From positions 24,541,842 through 24,605,841 of the forward strand of contig CM119264.1 in the NCBI GenBank assembly GCA_051294375.1: DNA of 64,000 nucleotides, written 5' to 3'. Below are positions 32,329 through 43,872 of the stretch, in pieces; within the stretch, counting starts at the first letter, position 1, and the number at the start of each line of letters is the position of its first letter. Below the pieces are notes generated by a model. It was not told the DNA's origin. It did not search any database and saw nothing but the letters and a program-made list of their open reading frames with translations. Source of the DNA: Paraspadella gotoi. Lineage: Eukaryota > Animalia > Chaetognatha. Position numbers and translations under genes: made by a program.

Positions 32329-33333
32329 TTATATATGATAAAACCGAATCATTAATCTTTTATTTATAAATAAACGTTAATATTATTCATTTTAAATATT
32401 TTTCAAGGCTTCAGTGATGTTTTCCTGAAGGTCTAATTTATTATTATTATAATTATTATAATAATAATTTAGAACCTGTCAGACAAAATCTTAATAATTT
32501 TTATGTAATGCAACATTTAGTACCAATATGTATTTTATTTGTTATATTTTTATCTATATGATTAAAGCGTGTAGAAATTTTTTACATTGAATAAATAGGC
32601 TATTTTTACCCGACTTAACATGGGTTTTTTGAGATTTTGTTAGAAACAAACAAGCTGTTCCCACTTTAGTATTTTCAAGCTATTATTAGATTGCATATGT
32701 ATCTTTTTTTAACCGACCAAATCAGTACTGTCATTCAACTTTACCTGCTTAAATTTTAAATTACCATTGTTATTTTTAATAATATAAAATCTTTTTATAA
32801 ATTATTAAGAAAATTTATTGTGTCGTATTGTTAAACTCCAATATTAACCATCCTATAGTTATGCATACTTTTTTTTACCATTTGAAAAAAATTTTAAATC
32901 TAAAACTAAAATCTTATAACAAAATTACTTCCTTGCTTTAGGCGATTTTGTATTAATTCGGACAGGTTTTAAATGATTTATAAATAAAACCCTCAGGCTT
33001 AATTTTTAAGCAGCTTAAGGGTTTTTTAAGGGTTTTTATATAGTTATTCATTAAGTTTTCCAATCAGTTGAGTTTTCGTATGTCTTTTTATCTTTCATCG
33101 GAACACCGATCTTTCATCTTTCATCAGTCTACCTTCCTACTTCAACTTTACCGAATGGTGAATTTTAATATTCTTTTTCTTTCATACCACTAATCGCAGT
33201 CATTAAGCTGTACCAATTTATAACTTTCTTGACGCTTCTCCTCTACTTTCCAGATTCTGCCTATATTAGTTTCAAAGCCGATATCTCGTTGGTTTTAGAA
33301 ATTTTTCTTATCCATTTTGACTTACCCAAAATC

Positions 33334-36300
33334 ATGACCGAGGGCAACCCAGAAATCAAGTTAGAAGAGGGCGAGTTGGAGGACGGGGAGATAGAGGATG
33401 ATGATGATGATGACGTGCGTCCAGCTTCGCCCAAAGAGGAGCGGGCGAGCCCCCCCCTCAAAACCGAAACGGGATCAAAAGAGAAGGGAGACTCAGATTC
33501 GGACGACAGCGCCAGACGCAAACGGAAAGAGAGACACAAGAAAAAGAAAGAGGAAAGAAAAAAGAGGAAGAGAGAGAAGGAAGAGCGGAGAGAAAAGAGT
33601 TCCAAGGTACTTATCGATATTGATTTTACTAATATTTAATACTTAACTAATTAAAACTTTTTCCTCGGGAAAGCACGAAACGAATCTACTAGCATCAATT
33701 TTTTTTCTTTTCCCCTATCTTCGCTTTTTTGCGGCTCGACCCCTCCCTCTCTCGAAATCTACGCGCTTAGCATTCCCCGAGACAATCTCCTCGTCGACAA
33801 GAAAGTCCCCGTCACGAAAGCCCGCGACGCTCGAGCCCGAAAGGATCTGACGACGACGATAACGCCGACGATAGCAAGTCGGGCGGGAAATCTCTTACCG
33901 ACATCCCTTCCTTGATGGAGTTGGCGGTCGCTCCCCCAGCCGCCAGTGCATCGACCTCCGCCAGTATTTTACCTCTGCCAACTCCGGACGTTAAACCGCT
34001 CGCCCCCGCCGTTAACGTCGCCCCTGCGAAAATTTCTCGATCTCCCAAAAGACGGTCCTCCCCAGTTCAAGGGTTCAACGACCCATACGACAGTCCCGGC
34101 GGTTCCGGTATGAAATTTTGGAAGGTTTACAGTTTTTAACTGATCTTTTTAATATATCTGGCGAAATTGATTCTAGAAAATGTTTTTTTTGAAAAAAAGT
34201 TATTCTCAATTAAAGAAAAAAATATTCGCTTTAAAAAAAAAAAATTTCAAGGATTGTTTTTTTTTTGTTTTTCTTACCGCAGATAACGGAAGTTTCGACC
34301 CTCGTAACAGCCCTATCCGCTACAACGAATATCGCCAGGATCCTCAAATGCCCAGCCGCGATCCACCTTCGCCGAGATACGAGTCGTCGACGGCATATCC
34401 CCAACGCTCCCCCCAAATGACTGGTTTTGGATCCCCCCGTCGTTATGAAAGTCCTTACCACAGTCCCAGCCCCAATCCCTATGACTCCCCGCCTTTTTCC
34501 GACTCGCGCCATTTCGGTTACGATTCCGAGGATGAAAGGTCAATGGATAGGCCAACCCAACCATTAGACAGCCCCAACCTTGGTGGACCCTCAAAGGGAA
34601 CCAAGAGAAAGCGCGAGCTCGAAGGAAGATTGAGGCATAGTCCTGAACGCGATCGCGAGCGTGATCGACTAAGAAAGAAATCTAAAAAAAGCGACGCTCC
34701 TTGCAAATATTGGCTCGAGGGCATTTGCGATAAGGTGCGTTGAGTGATATTTTAATCCTATACTAAATACGGTTAGCTTAGCATCGTTGTTTTTCAAGAA
34801 ATGTTTAATCTTGAACGCAGAGAAAATTAAAAAAAAAAAAATCTCCGAAATACTATCAAAACCAATTTTTACCTTTGTCCATTTTCTCCCTCCCCTTATT
34901 AATTCGCCCAACATTTCTTCGACTTATGGCAACATTTAGACGGTAAGAAAGGTGTTAAGACATTACTGCATGAAATGATATCTGTAATATAGACATAGAA
35001 ATCAGTTTGTTAAAGTATAAGATTCATCGATAGCACAAAATAAAACCAACTACGAATTTACTGCTCGAGAAAAAATATGTATTCTAGCCTATCGCTAAAT
35101 ATCCAAATAATAGTTTAACTAAATCCCAAGCTCAGTAATTAAGTTGCAAATTAATTGTTCACTCAATCATCATAAATAGAAATCTACTATTCAATAGGGG
35201 CGGGGGTTCAAAACTTTAGTCTTGAAGTCTACTTTCAGGTAAAAAAATTTTTTTATTAAAAAGTTCGATTTTAATGCTTTTATTATTGCTATCAAAATTA
35301 AAATATTTTTATATAATGATACAATTTTTTTTTAAATTAATCTTAACTTTTTTGATAGATTCTTATAGAGCATAAAATGTTAAATAAAAAATATAACTAC
35401 AACTTTCAAAAATTCTTGATTTTTTTGGTCAAAATTAAAAAAAGTAATAAAATTATCAAAATATGATGATGATGATTATTAATATTTTTTCTTAGAGAAT
35501 TGACAAAGTTTTTGTTTGCAACGAATTTTATTTATAGTTGAACAGACATGTTTCGACTTGTTTTACAAGTCTTCATCAGCGTTTTGACAGAATGGTTTAA
35601 AATTTGTGCATAAGATAATAATAAAAAAAAATAAAATTCGTTGCAAACAAAAACTTTGTCAATTCTCTAATTAATAGTAACAACGAAAAAGAAAGGATTA
35701 CTTCAATAATATTTTTTCATATTTTTTACCCATTTATGATCAAAATATCAAAATATCAAAAAATCGTTTTTGAACTTCATCAGCACTTGCTGATGAAGAC
35801 TCGAAACATAGAGTCGAAACATGTCCTTATAAACTTAATAAATTGTTGTTCAAAAACGAATTTTTCGTTACACTCCTTAAATTTACACAAACAACAAAAA
35901 GAAAGATCGAATACGATCATCACAATCAATTATACTTTGTGTAGATAACTTTTTGAAAGCTTCCCGAATCTGATCTTAAAAATTTCTTAACCACCTTACT
36001 GAGTTAGGTTACCCCTATCATAAACACATTTAGGTAAAATTATTTTTATTTAAGTAAAGACACATGCACAAGATAGTGAATAATCTAATCTAATTAATAA
36101 TTAGAATTACGAGATTGGGATAAGTGAAATAAAATAAAATAAAATTTAACACTGATACCTACATAATTTAATCAAAAGATTATTCAATCCTGGCCATTTA
36201 TTTCATTCTGGATTCAGCTTCATTATTATTAATATTATTATTATTATTATTATTTACTGAAACAACTGAAAGCTGAAGCATGACTTCTATCAGCGTCACC

Positions 36301-39300
36301 CTTATTTTTTTTATTTTTTCGCTTATTACATAATTCTGACCAGCGGTCCCGATTTTTGCAGGAGGACGAGTGCCCGTTCGCTCACTCCGGCAGTGTGGAC
36401 AAAAAGCCGGAGATGTGCAAGTTTTATTTAAACTCGAACTGCGCCAAGGGAAAAGCCTGCATCTTCATGCACGAGGAATATCCCTGCAAATTCTTCCATC
36501 TCGGCATGACTTGTTTTTCCGGGTCCGACTGCAAATTTTCCCACGCGCCTTTGGACGATGTGACGCATCCCATGATCGAGAAGGTAATGAGAGAAAAGTG
36601 AGGCGTTGGAATCGGGAGCGTTTGGGAAAGGGTAGGGGGGCGGTAGGGAACTCTATTGTTGTTGAGGACTTTTAAACCATCTCCACGGTTGCCGATCAGG
36701 AAGTTAATACGTGGGTGAAGAAACTGAGAAAGGATTGCGACGATGAAGAGGAAAGAGAAAAATCGGAGCACCTCAACCATATTCTTGATGCCTCGAGAAA
36801 GATGGGACTCCTCATCAATCCCCCTGATTATGAGACAGAGTCGGAGGAAGAGACTGGGTTGCAGAATATCGGGGAAGAGGTCGACTTTTCCGGTTTTCCT
36901 TTAAATAGTGACGACGCTAAAACGCGGTATTTGTTCAATGGGACCTACAATCTCTATCAATACGCCTTGAGCAACCTAGAAAAGTTCGAGGCTTACGAAG
37001 AAGTGGAGCGACGGCTGAAGACGTTTTATCGTGACATGATTAAAGATTGTCGTCACCAGCAGAACAGCCTGGATTTTCGGGTCAAGAAAGAGGAGAAAGT
37101 GCTTTCTGACGACGATAGCTTAGCGAAATTCAGTGGCGACAGTGATAGTCTTTCCGGGAAATTTAGTCCTGCAAAAGAGCTTCCAGAAAACAAAGTCGAA
37201 TTAGAGACGGTTCGTTACCAGGACATTTTACCGACTCTTTGTTCCTCGGAACCGGACGTTAAAGACAAGGGAAGCGAGGAAAGTTTGGAGGTAATGAAGG
37301 CGTCCCTTTTGTTTTTATTTTTCTCTTCGTTCTTTCCTCTACCGAAAGCTGTGTGTTTCAAGTTGGAGGAGAGAAAAAAAAAGAACATCGGTTTTCAAAT
37401 AGTCTTTCTTATGAAATTGGTACAACCAATACAAAAATTATCTATTCATTATAGTTATGATATAAGTTATATTTATAACGAAAAGAAAGAATTTTCGCAA
37501 ATATTTTTACCGAACTAGCAACCTACCGAAACCTTCGTTCTGTCTTCTTGATTTATATTCCGATTATAAAATTTTCAGATGACAATTTTGAGCTCGAGCA
37601 CACACACTTATTCGCACATATGTACACATTCATAAACTAATATTTTATTCAAATTTTTTTTCAAATAAAAAAATTTTCTCAATTACTATGCTTCTTAGTT
37701 ACGAAAACGGAAGGGCGAGAGCGACTTGGAATACAAGCAGAGACTAAGGGATGAAGAGGAGGGCAAATTGGAAGGCGGCAAAGCGATCCTCCCGAAAGAG
37801 GAAGACCCCTTCGAGGACAACCCTTTCGACGTTGCGGACGACGACGCCGCCGAAGGGCGGAGTTATCGCAACGAAGTTCCGCCCCCTGGCAACTACTTTG
37901 TTTTTCCCGCCGCTCGCGAAGCCATGAAAATTATCGGTAAGAGTTGTTATGTTACTTAAATTTACGAGTTACCTTTACATTTACTTACATTTACTACTGT
38001 CTCAAGTGGTTGTTGTTGTTGTTGTTTTTATAATTGGTGTTTTTTCATTGACAGAACAAAGGAAACTGGCGGCAATGCCAGAAGAAGAGAGATTAAAAAG
38101 AGAAAACGCGAATAAAAGCGAATTTTCGTCGGATTCGAGAGATAACGACGCTGGACGATCAGGTGAAGAAACTTTATTTTATATACTCTCTATATGATTT
38201 CATTCATTCATTTCATTCATAAGATTAATTTTCGTGATTTAGGAGACAACTGGAACAATGAGCGAATGGGTTTTGATGGCAACCAGCAAAACCAACCATC
38301 AGGGGTAAGTGCAACTGCTATTTCTGACTTCTTTCTCCCTTAAATATTTTTTTCTCTGTAGAAAGAAGTTGAGCCACAATCTGCTTGGTTAAATAATCTT
38401 GTTCATTCGGGGTTGGTTCCTGCTAATGAAAAGGTTTTAGCTGTTCTCAATACTGAACCAGAAGTTAAAGCAGAAAAGCCAGATCCAGACGCAAACGTAA
38501 TGGTTTTGTTAATTTTTTTTAAACTAAATTTTTTAAAAAGGAAACATTTCTGATAACACATTTTTAAGCATTACATTTATTTTTCTTTACTTTTCTTTAG
38601 AATCCCAATGCAAGTGGCGGCGGCTTGGATGTGATATCAATGATCAATAAAATTCGAAACGAAGTCAACACGCAAGACAATTTCAGGGGATCCGGAAATT
38701 TTTCGGGTCCTATGGGTTCAAATATGAGAGGTCGTGGAAATTTCGATTCCTCCTTCAGGTAGAATAACGATGAATTGCAAGCTCTCTTAAATATATATAT
38801 ATATTTATTTTACTTTATCCGTTCAGGTTTCCAAACGACAATTTTAATCCCATGCCTGGAAATGAACACCCTGGAAACAGAGACTCCCGTTTTCAAAATA
38901 ATTTTGGAATGCGTAATTTTTCTCCAAATGCAAACATGATGGGCAATTTTGGACCTAATAATATGGCTGGAAATATGAATATGATTGGAGGAATGTTTAG
39001 ACCAAACAATCCGAACATGGGTCCACCCAACATGAACACCTTCAATAATGGCGGTTTTAACAGGGGACCAAATATGGGGGGTCAGAATTTCGGAAATTTT
39101 AACATGAGTGGACCCAACATGGGCGGCCCCAACCTGGGAGGGCCTAATATGGGAGGTCCTAACATGGGAGGCGCTAACATGGGCGGCCAGAACATGGGCG
39201 GCCTAAACATGGGCGGCCCCAACATGGGAGGCCAGAACATGGGCGGCCCAAACATAGGCGTTCAAAATATTGGCGGAGGTCCTTTCTCAGGAGGCCCCAA

Positions 39301-41065
39301 TATTGGAGGTGCTTCAAACATGGATAACAAACCCAATATGGCCAGTGGCTCAAATTTGGGCATTGGGGCTAACATGAGTGGTAATATAACTGGTCAAAAT
39401 ATTTATCCAGAAAATATGAAAGATTTTAGTTCTGATAATAATTTCAAACAAGACACAAAGATAAATCCTGAAGTAACAAGACCGGATTCGCAAGAACAAA
39501 GTGGACCTGGTTCTAGTAATGATGCTAATTTAGATGTCAAAAAGATGGAAACAAAAGATCAAGACAGTGACATGGACGCTAGTATTTTTTTTGGGCATGA
39601 AGATGTGGATTTGAGACAGTCCAGCGATCTTCAATTGCACGACGTTGACTACCGAATTTCTGATTCAGATTTGCGCAGACAAAGTAGCGAGGATTTCGAA
39701 TCAAAGATTCATCAAAAGGAAAGTTTCAATTCAGATTCTCGAGCCAAGGACCCAAGACAAACTAAACTGTACGAGAAAGATGAGCCTTCGAATCAGAACA
39801 ACAAACTTCTGCAAGCCTCCGAAACAAAGGCCAGGAACGACCCCCGCAAAGCCTCTAAGTCCCACAGAGTGCAGGATCCCCGAACCAAGGATCCGCGAAG
39901 TAAAGAAAGTCAGAGCAGCAGCAAAGATCCCAGATTCACTTTGAAGGAAAATTCGGGGTCGCAAGTTAATGCCGCGGCCGGTGAATCGGAAAAGTCTTCC
40001 GTTTCTCTTGTCAAGTCAAAGCTAAAGATCGATTCGGCCGCGGATAAGAACGCCACTCGTGTCAAAGCGGACCCCAAATCTAAATTAAAATGGAAACTGC
40101 GATTGTTCGATATGGACAAAGCTGTTTGCAAAGTCCCCTACGAATATTCCAAAGCCAACGATCCGCGTACTAAAAAATACAAAATTGAGATGCCTTCGCT
40201 CCCTACCATAAATTTAGACGCCGCACCCGCGAGTGCGACAGAGTGCCTTTCCTCCTCGTCCGATTCTGATAAATCTAAAAGCAGCGAGACGAACTACCAG
40301 AACAAGCTCGCTTCAAAAGCGGCATCCATGGGTATTTCGCCGCGAAGGCAAAGCAGTTCTAGCGAAAACGTCCATCATCACTCTAAGCCAAAAGAAAAGA
40401 GTTCTTCCAAGGAGTCAGTGCGTCGTCTCTTAGCCATCGGTAGCGCTTTTAAGACTAAAGAAAAACCTAAAGTGAAAGTCGAAGGTACCAAAAGTGTCGC
40501 GGACCAAATTAAGCAAGAATCACGATTCAAAGGGCCTTATGGAAGTTACGTCGGTGACGCAACTACGGAGAATAGACTGCAAGAGCCTTCACAACCCTCG
40601 CCGATAGAAAAGACTGACAATGAACGGCCATTAGATTATAAAGAACATATTGTTTTCTCCAGCGAAAACAATCCTGGCAAAGCTTTCCACGGAGGTTTAC
40701 CTCTCGTCGCTAACGTCTCCGTCAAAAAGGGTCCGTTGGTGAAGAAGTCAGTCTCGAAATCTTCCCTCAGCAGAATATCTTCTTCTCCCCCCGTTTCGCG
40801 GACTCCACCGGCCAATTCCCCCCCGCCCTTCGAAGCGTCCGGCGCCGATCCTTTCAACCCTTTGTCCGGTCTCTCACCGGACATTAAAACTTCGAAACCG
40901 TCTCAAGGAAAACAGGAATGGCGATCCGAACCGGAAATAACTTTCCCGTCTCACGATCAGACCCCCGAAGACGTCATGAACGACCCTTTCGGGACGGGAC
41001 CATCCTCGGGTCATTTGAAGGACGTGTTTGAAACAATCGATCCCACTGCGTCTCCCTTCTGTTAG
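33334..41065 (+). CDS. ZC3H4: ZC3H4/ZC3H6-family CCCH zinc-finger protein (Restrictor/Su(s)-type transcription terminator), ~1600 aa, 11 coding exons
   Basis: Exons 33334-33606, 33771-34107, 34283-34734, 36362-36583, 36700-37290, 37699-37936, 38055-38162, 38243-38304, 38362-38496, 38601-38758, 38827-41065 (4815 nt, open). N-terminal LEEGELEDGEI; three CCCH fingers (CKYWLEGICDK|EDECPFAH, CKFYLNSNCAKGKACIFMH, CKFFHLGMTCFSGSDCKFSH); repeated DPR motifs; family-diagnostic C-terminus LKDVFETIDPTASPFC. The middle exons are supported only by splice sites and phase. Confidence 0.9.
35541..35583 (-). ncRNA. Minimal type I hammerhead ribozyme motif (Penelope-like pLTR type)
   Basis: The minus strand reads AACG-CUGAUGA-A-GACUUGU-aaa-ACAAGUC-GAAAC-AU-GUC-UGUU: intact core, 7-bp stem II, palindromic ACAUGU helix III, GUC cleavage triplet and a 4-bp stem I (AACG/UGUU). 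Confidence 0.78.
35786..35826 (+). ncRNA. Minimal type I hammerhead ribozyme core (stem I degenerate)
   Basis: CUGAUGA-A-GACUC-gaaacaua-GAGUC-GAAAC-AU-GUC at 35790-35825; only one stem I pair (G/C) is evident. Confidence 0.65.
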
Positions 41066-41448
41066 CAATTCTCGACTTTTGTCTCGTTTGTGATGATCGC
41101 GTAGGCCGTTTTTTTTATTGACACAAGACATGAATTGCGAAAACAAGATTTAATCGAGTCCATTTAATTTAAATTAGAGTTTTAATGTACTTCGTTGTTA
41201 TTGTAAATGTTTTGTTGAATTAAAAAACTAAATAATAATTCCGTCTAAAAGTTTCTAAGCTGGTTCTTGGTAAATTTTAAATAGGACTAAATTTAAAATG
41301 TCGACGAATTAGCTATCATTGTTTTCTTCAATCCATAAAGTTGTAAGTTTTTACATATTTTGACTGTTTTATCTAAACAGCAAAATTACCCAATCCACTC
41401 CCTTCTGTTCCGCCTTTTAGATATTATGAGGTTCTCATTAATGATTTT

Positions 41449-41543
41449 CTTACAGAAATGATGTATGATATTTATTTAGAAAACTAGGGCAGGATGATCC
41501 TGCCCTTGTTTTCTAAATAAATATCATACATCATTTCTGTAAG
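41449..41543. repeat. Near-perfect 95-bp palindrome (47-bp arms, 1-nt loop, one mismatch)
   Basis: CTTACAGAAATGATGTATGATATTTATTTAGAAAAC-t-AGGGCAGGAT-g-ATCCTGCCCT-t-GTTTTCTAAATAAATATCATACATCATTTCTGTAAG. Confidence 0.95.
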
Positions 41544-41973
41544 GATGTATTGTTGAGATACTAACAGAAGACAACACTAACAGCCCTCTCCCATTAATGA
41601 TAATCTTTTCAGATTTAGATTATCTAAAACCAAATTAATAAATAATAATAATAATAATAAAAAAAATATAGAATTTGTACTAAATAATTTTAAAATCTAA
41701 AACTTAAAATAATGAAACAAGTAAATTTGCAATTTTAATAGAATTGTAGGGTAATTAAAATATGCGTAAACGCTCTTAAAAAGTTTTGGATAAAATGTAA
41801 GTGATTAATTGATCTGATAAAAAACCATCATTATTTCCCTTGCGTGTTATTTGACACATCATTCGGTGATAAAGTTTCGAAACAAACAAAGAGCAGCGTT
41901 CTTTACTTGAAGTCACGCAACTTTTTTTACTCTGTGATTTCACCAACATAATTGATTAAATTCTAAGTCGAAC

Positions 41974-43872
41974 ATGACTGCGTTAATAGACGAGGAAAAA
42001 GACTATGAAACAGGTAAGTTGTAAAATGTTAATAATCTTGGTAATTTGTTAATGTAAAAAAACATTTGCATTCAACGATGTCGTTCATTTTAATTTTTTG
42101 AAAATAATAGCCAAGTGACGTTAAATAATATTTTTGTTAAAAATTTAGAACGTTACGTTGGCGTGAAATCTTTCAAATGCCTCAAAATGTCATATTTTTA
42201 TCATAGCCAATATTGATATAAGAGGCCAATTAGTGATATAACATCATTCACGTCCAACAGCGCTGATTATCAATCAACTCAGTAGATTCAATGTGTTGAT
42301 CAACCAACTACGAATATCTAGAAAAAATGCGGAAGAACTTCAGAAAGAGATCATTCGGTAAGATTCTTTGGCTCACATAATTCACTAAGCCACTTTGACA
42401 GGATAAAAAAAAATTTCTTAGTTTGTTCATAATATAAAGGAGAAGAACCACGCCTTTTTCTCTCTGAAAATAAAAAATAGAAAAATTCAAGAAATGCTAT
42501 GTACCGACTTCATTCGCTCAATCCCCATTCATAAAATGATCCCATCACGTTCTCAACCTCGCCCCGCGGTCCCTGCAGGCTCCGCCGTAGCCGCTCCTCT
42601 GCGACCGAAACGCTTCCGGTTGTCGAGGCGTCGGACGTCGAGAAGCTGAAGAAGGAAAACCGACGTCTTCAGTTGGACATCGAATTCCTAGAGAAGCAAG
42701 TCGCAGAGGAGGATGCGAGGACAGGTGACGCCGGGTGACGGTGTCAGACGATGGCGCTTTTATTCGAGTAATTAAAGGTTTCAAGGCGGATTGTTAACTG
42801 GCTGGTCGAAGAAAAAAAATGATTAGTTGGTTTGTTTTGTTGAGGCCAAAGGTGTCAGAAACGTTTGAAATGTATCTTCAGATAATAAATAAATAATAAA
42901 CGACCAATTTATGACTGAGAAAGATAAATGAAACAAGTAACTAATGAAAGACAAATAAAACATGTAATAAATGAAAGATAACACGAGTAACAAATGAACG
43001 ATAATGACAACAAAAATCAGATCGCCGATAATGCTGAAATCTTTATAACAAACAAGCCATACATTTCCAAAGGAAACTTCGACGTGGACGGCCAATCCTT
43101 TTACGGCAATCTCGGATGGGTGGGTCCAGCGGGTCGTCCATCGATGCCCCCGACGCCGAATCTTTCCTTTGACGCCGACGCCATCTCGCGTCGCTGGCGG
43201 AGATCGTCTTCCGGCGTCCCCGGCGTCGCGGATATGGTTGGTGCCGCGCGAAACGACGAGGACGGCGTCGAGGAGGGCGTGCCGCGCATCGTCGTCAGTC
43301 CTCCGCGCGATGGCCTCGCCGACGGAAGTAGAGGCGCTACTAGGTTTTTTAATTTGTTATATAATAGAATAACATACTCCTTCCTTATGTTATCTTTTTC
43401 TAATAAATAAATTTCAAAAACGCTTTTTCTCTTCAGCACCGAACCTCAAAAAAAGAAAACAACGAAAAAGTCCTACACACACGGTTGGCGTCGAGTCGTT
43501 GCAGCGCGGAATGCGTCGCGGGGATCTGCAGGAGTCGAATCTGCAGGTGTCGAATCTGCAGGCGTCGCCGCTCCAGGAGTTGACTCTGCAAACGACACCA
43601 CAGATTCCGTCATCAATAACAACAACAACAATAGTTCAGCAGAATCAGAGTTTGAGGTTGCCGTAGATCGAGACAGCGCCGTAGGACGGCGCGACGCCGC
43701 TTCTGTTACCGACCCTGGGTTGGCGGGCGGCGAAGCCAGCGAGCCCAGTTGGGCGTGTCTAGCCTGCACATTTCGCAACAACCAACTGATGGATCAGTGC
43801 GAAGTTTGCGAAATGCCTCGCTACCTTTGCCAAAATCCAATGTGGAGACCTGTTAGCGGGCAAGCAGATTAA
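41974..43872 (+). CDS. TAB2: TAB2/TAB3-like TAK1 adaptor (coiled coil plus C-terminal NZF/RanBP2 zinc finger), ~329 aa, 5 coding exons
   Basis: Exons 41974-42013, 42261-42357, 42579-42724, 43073-43343, 43437-43872 (990 nt, open). DYETALIINQLSRFNVL (cf. TAB2 AYTQALLVHQKARMERL), KLKKENRRLQLDIEFLEKQV (cf. [20 protein letters not shown]), SFYGNLGWVGP (cf. NFYDNIGFVGP) and WACLACTFRNNQLMDQCEVCEMPR (cf. [24 protein letters not shown]). The ORF track largely misses this gene. Confidence 0.88.

Larger units (their letters stand above)
35170..36008 (+). repeat. AT-rich dispersed element in ZC3H4 intron 3, interrupted by two hammerhead-bearing insertions; inverted relative at 46448-47045
   Basis: TTCAATAGGGGCGGGGGTTCAAAACTTTAGTCTTGAAGTCTAC...AAATTTCTTAACCACCTTACTGAGTTAG matches the reverse complement of 46448-47045, except for the inserts at 35492-35706 and ~35764-35928 (and an extra ~46476-46620 segment in the other copy). 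Confidence 0.85.
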
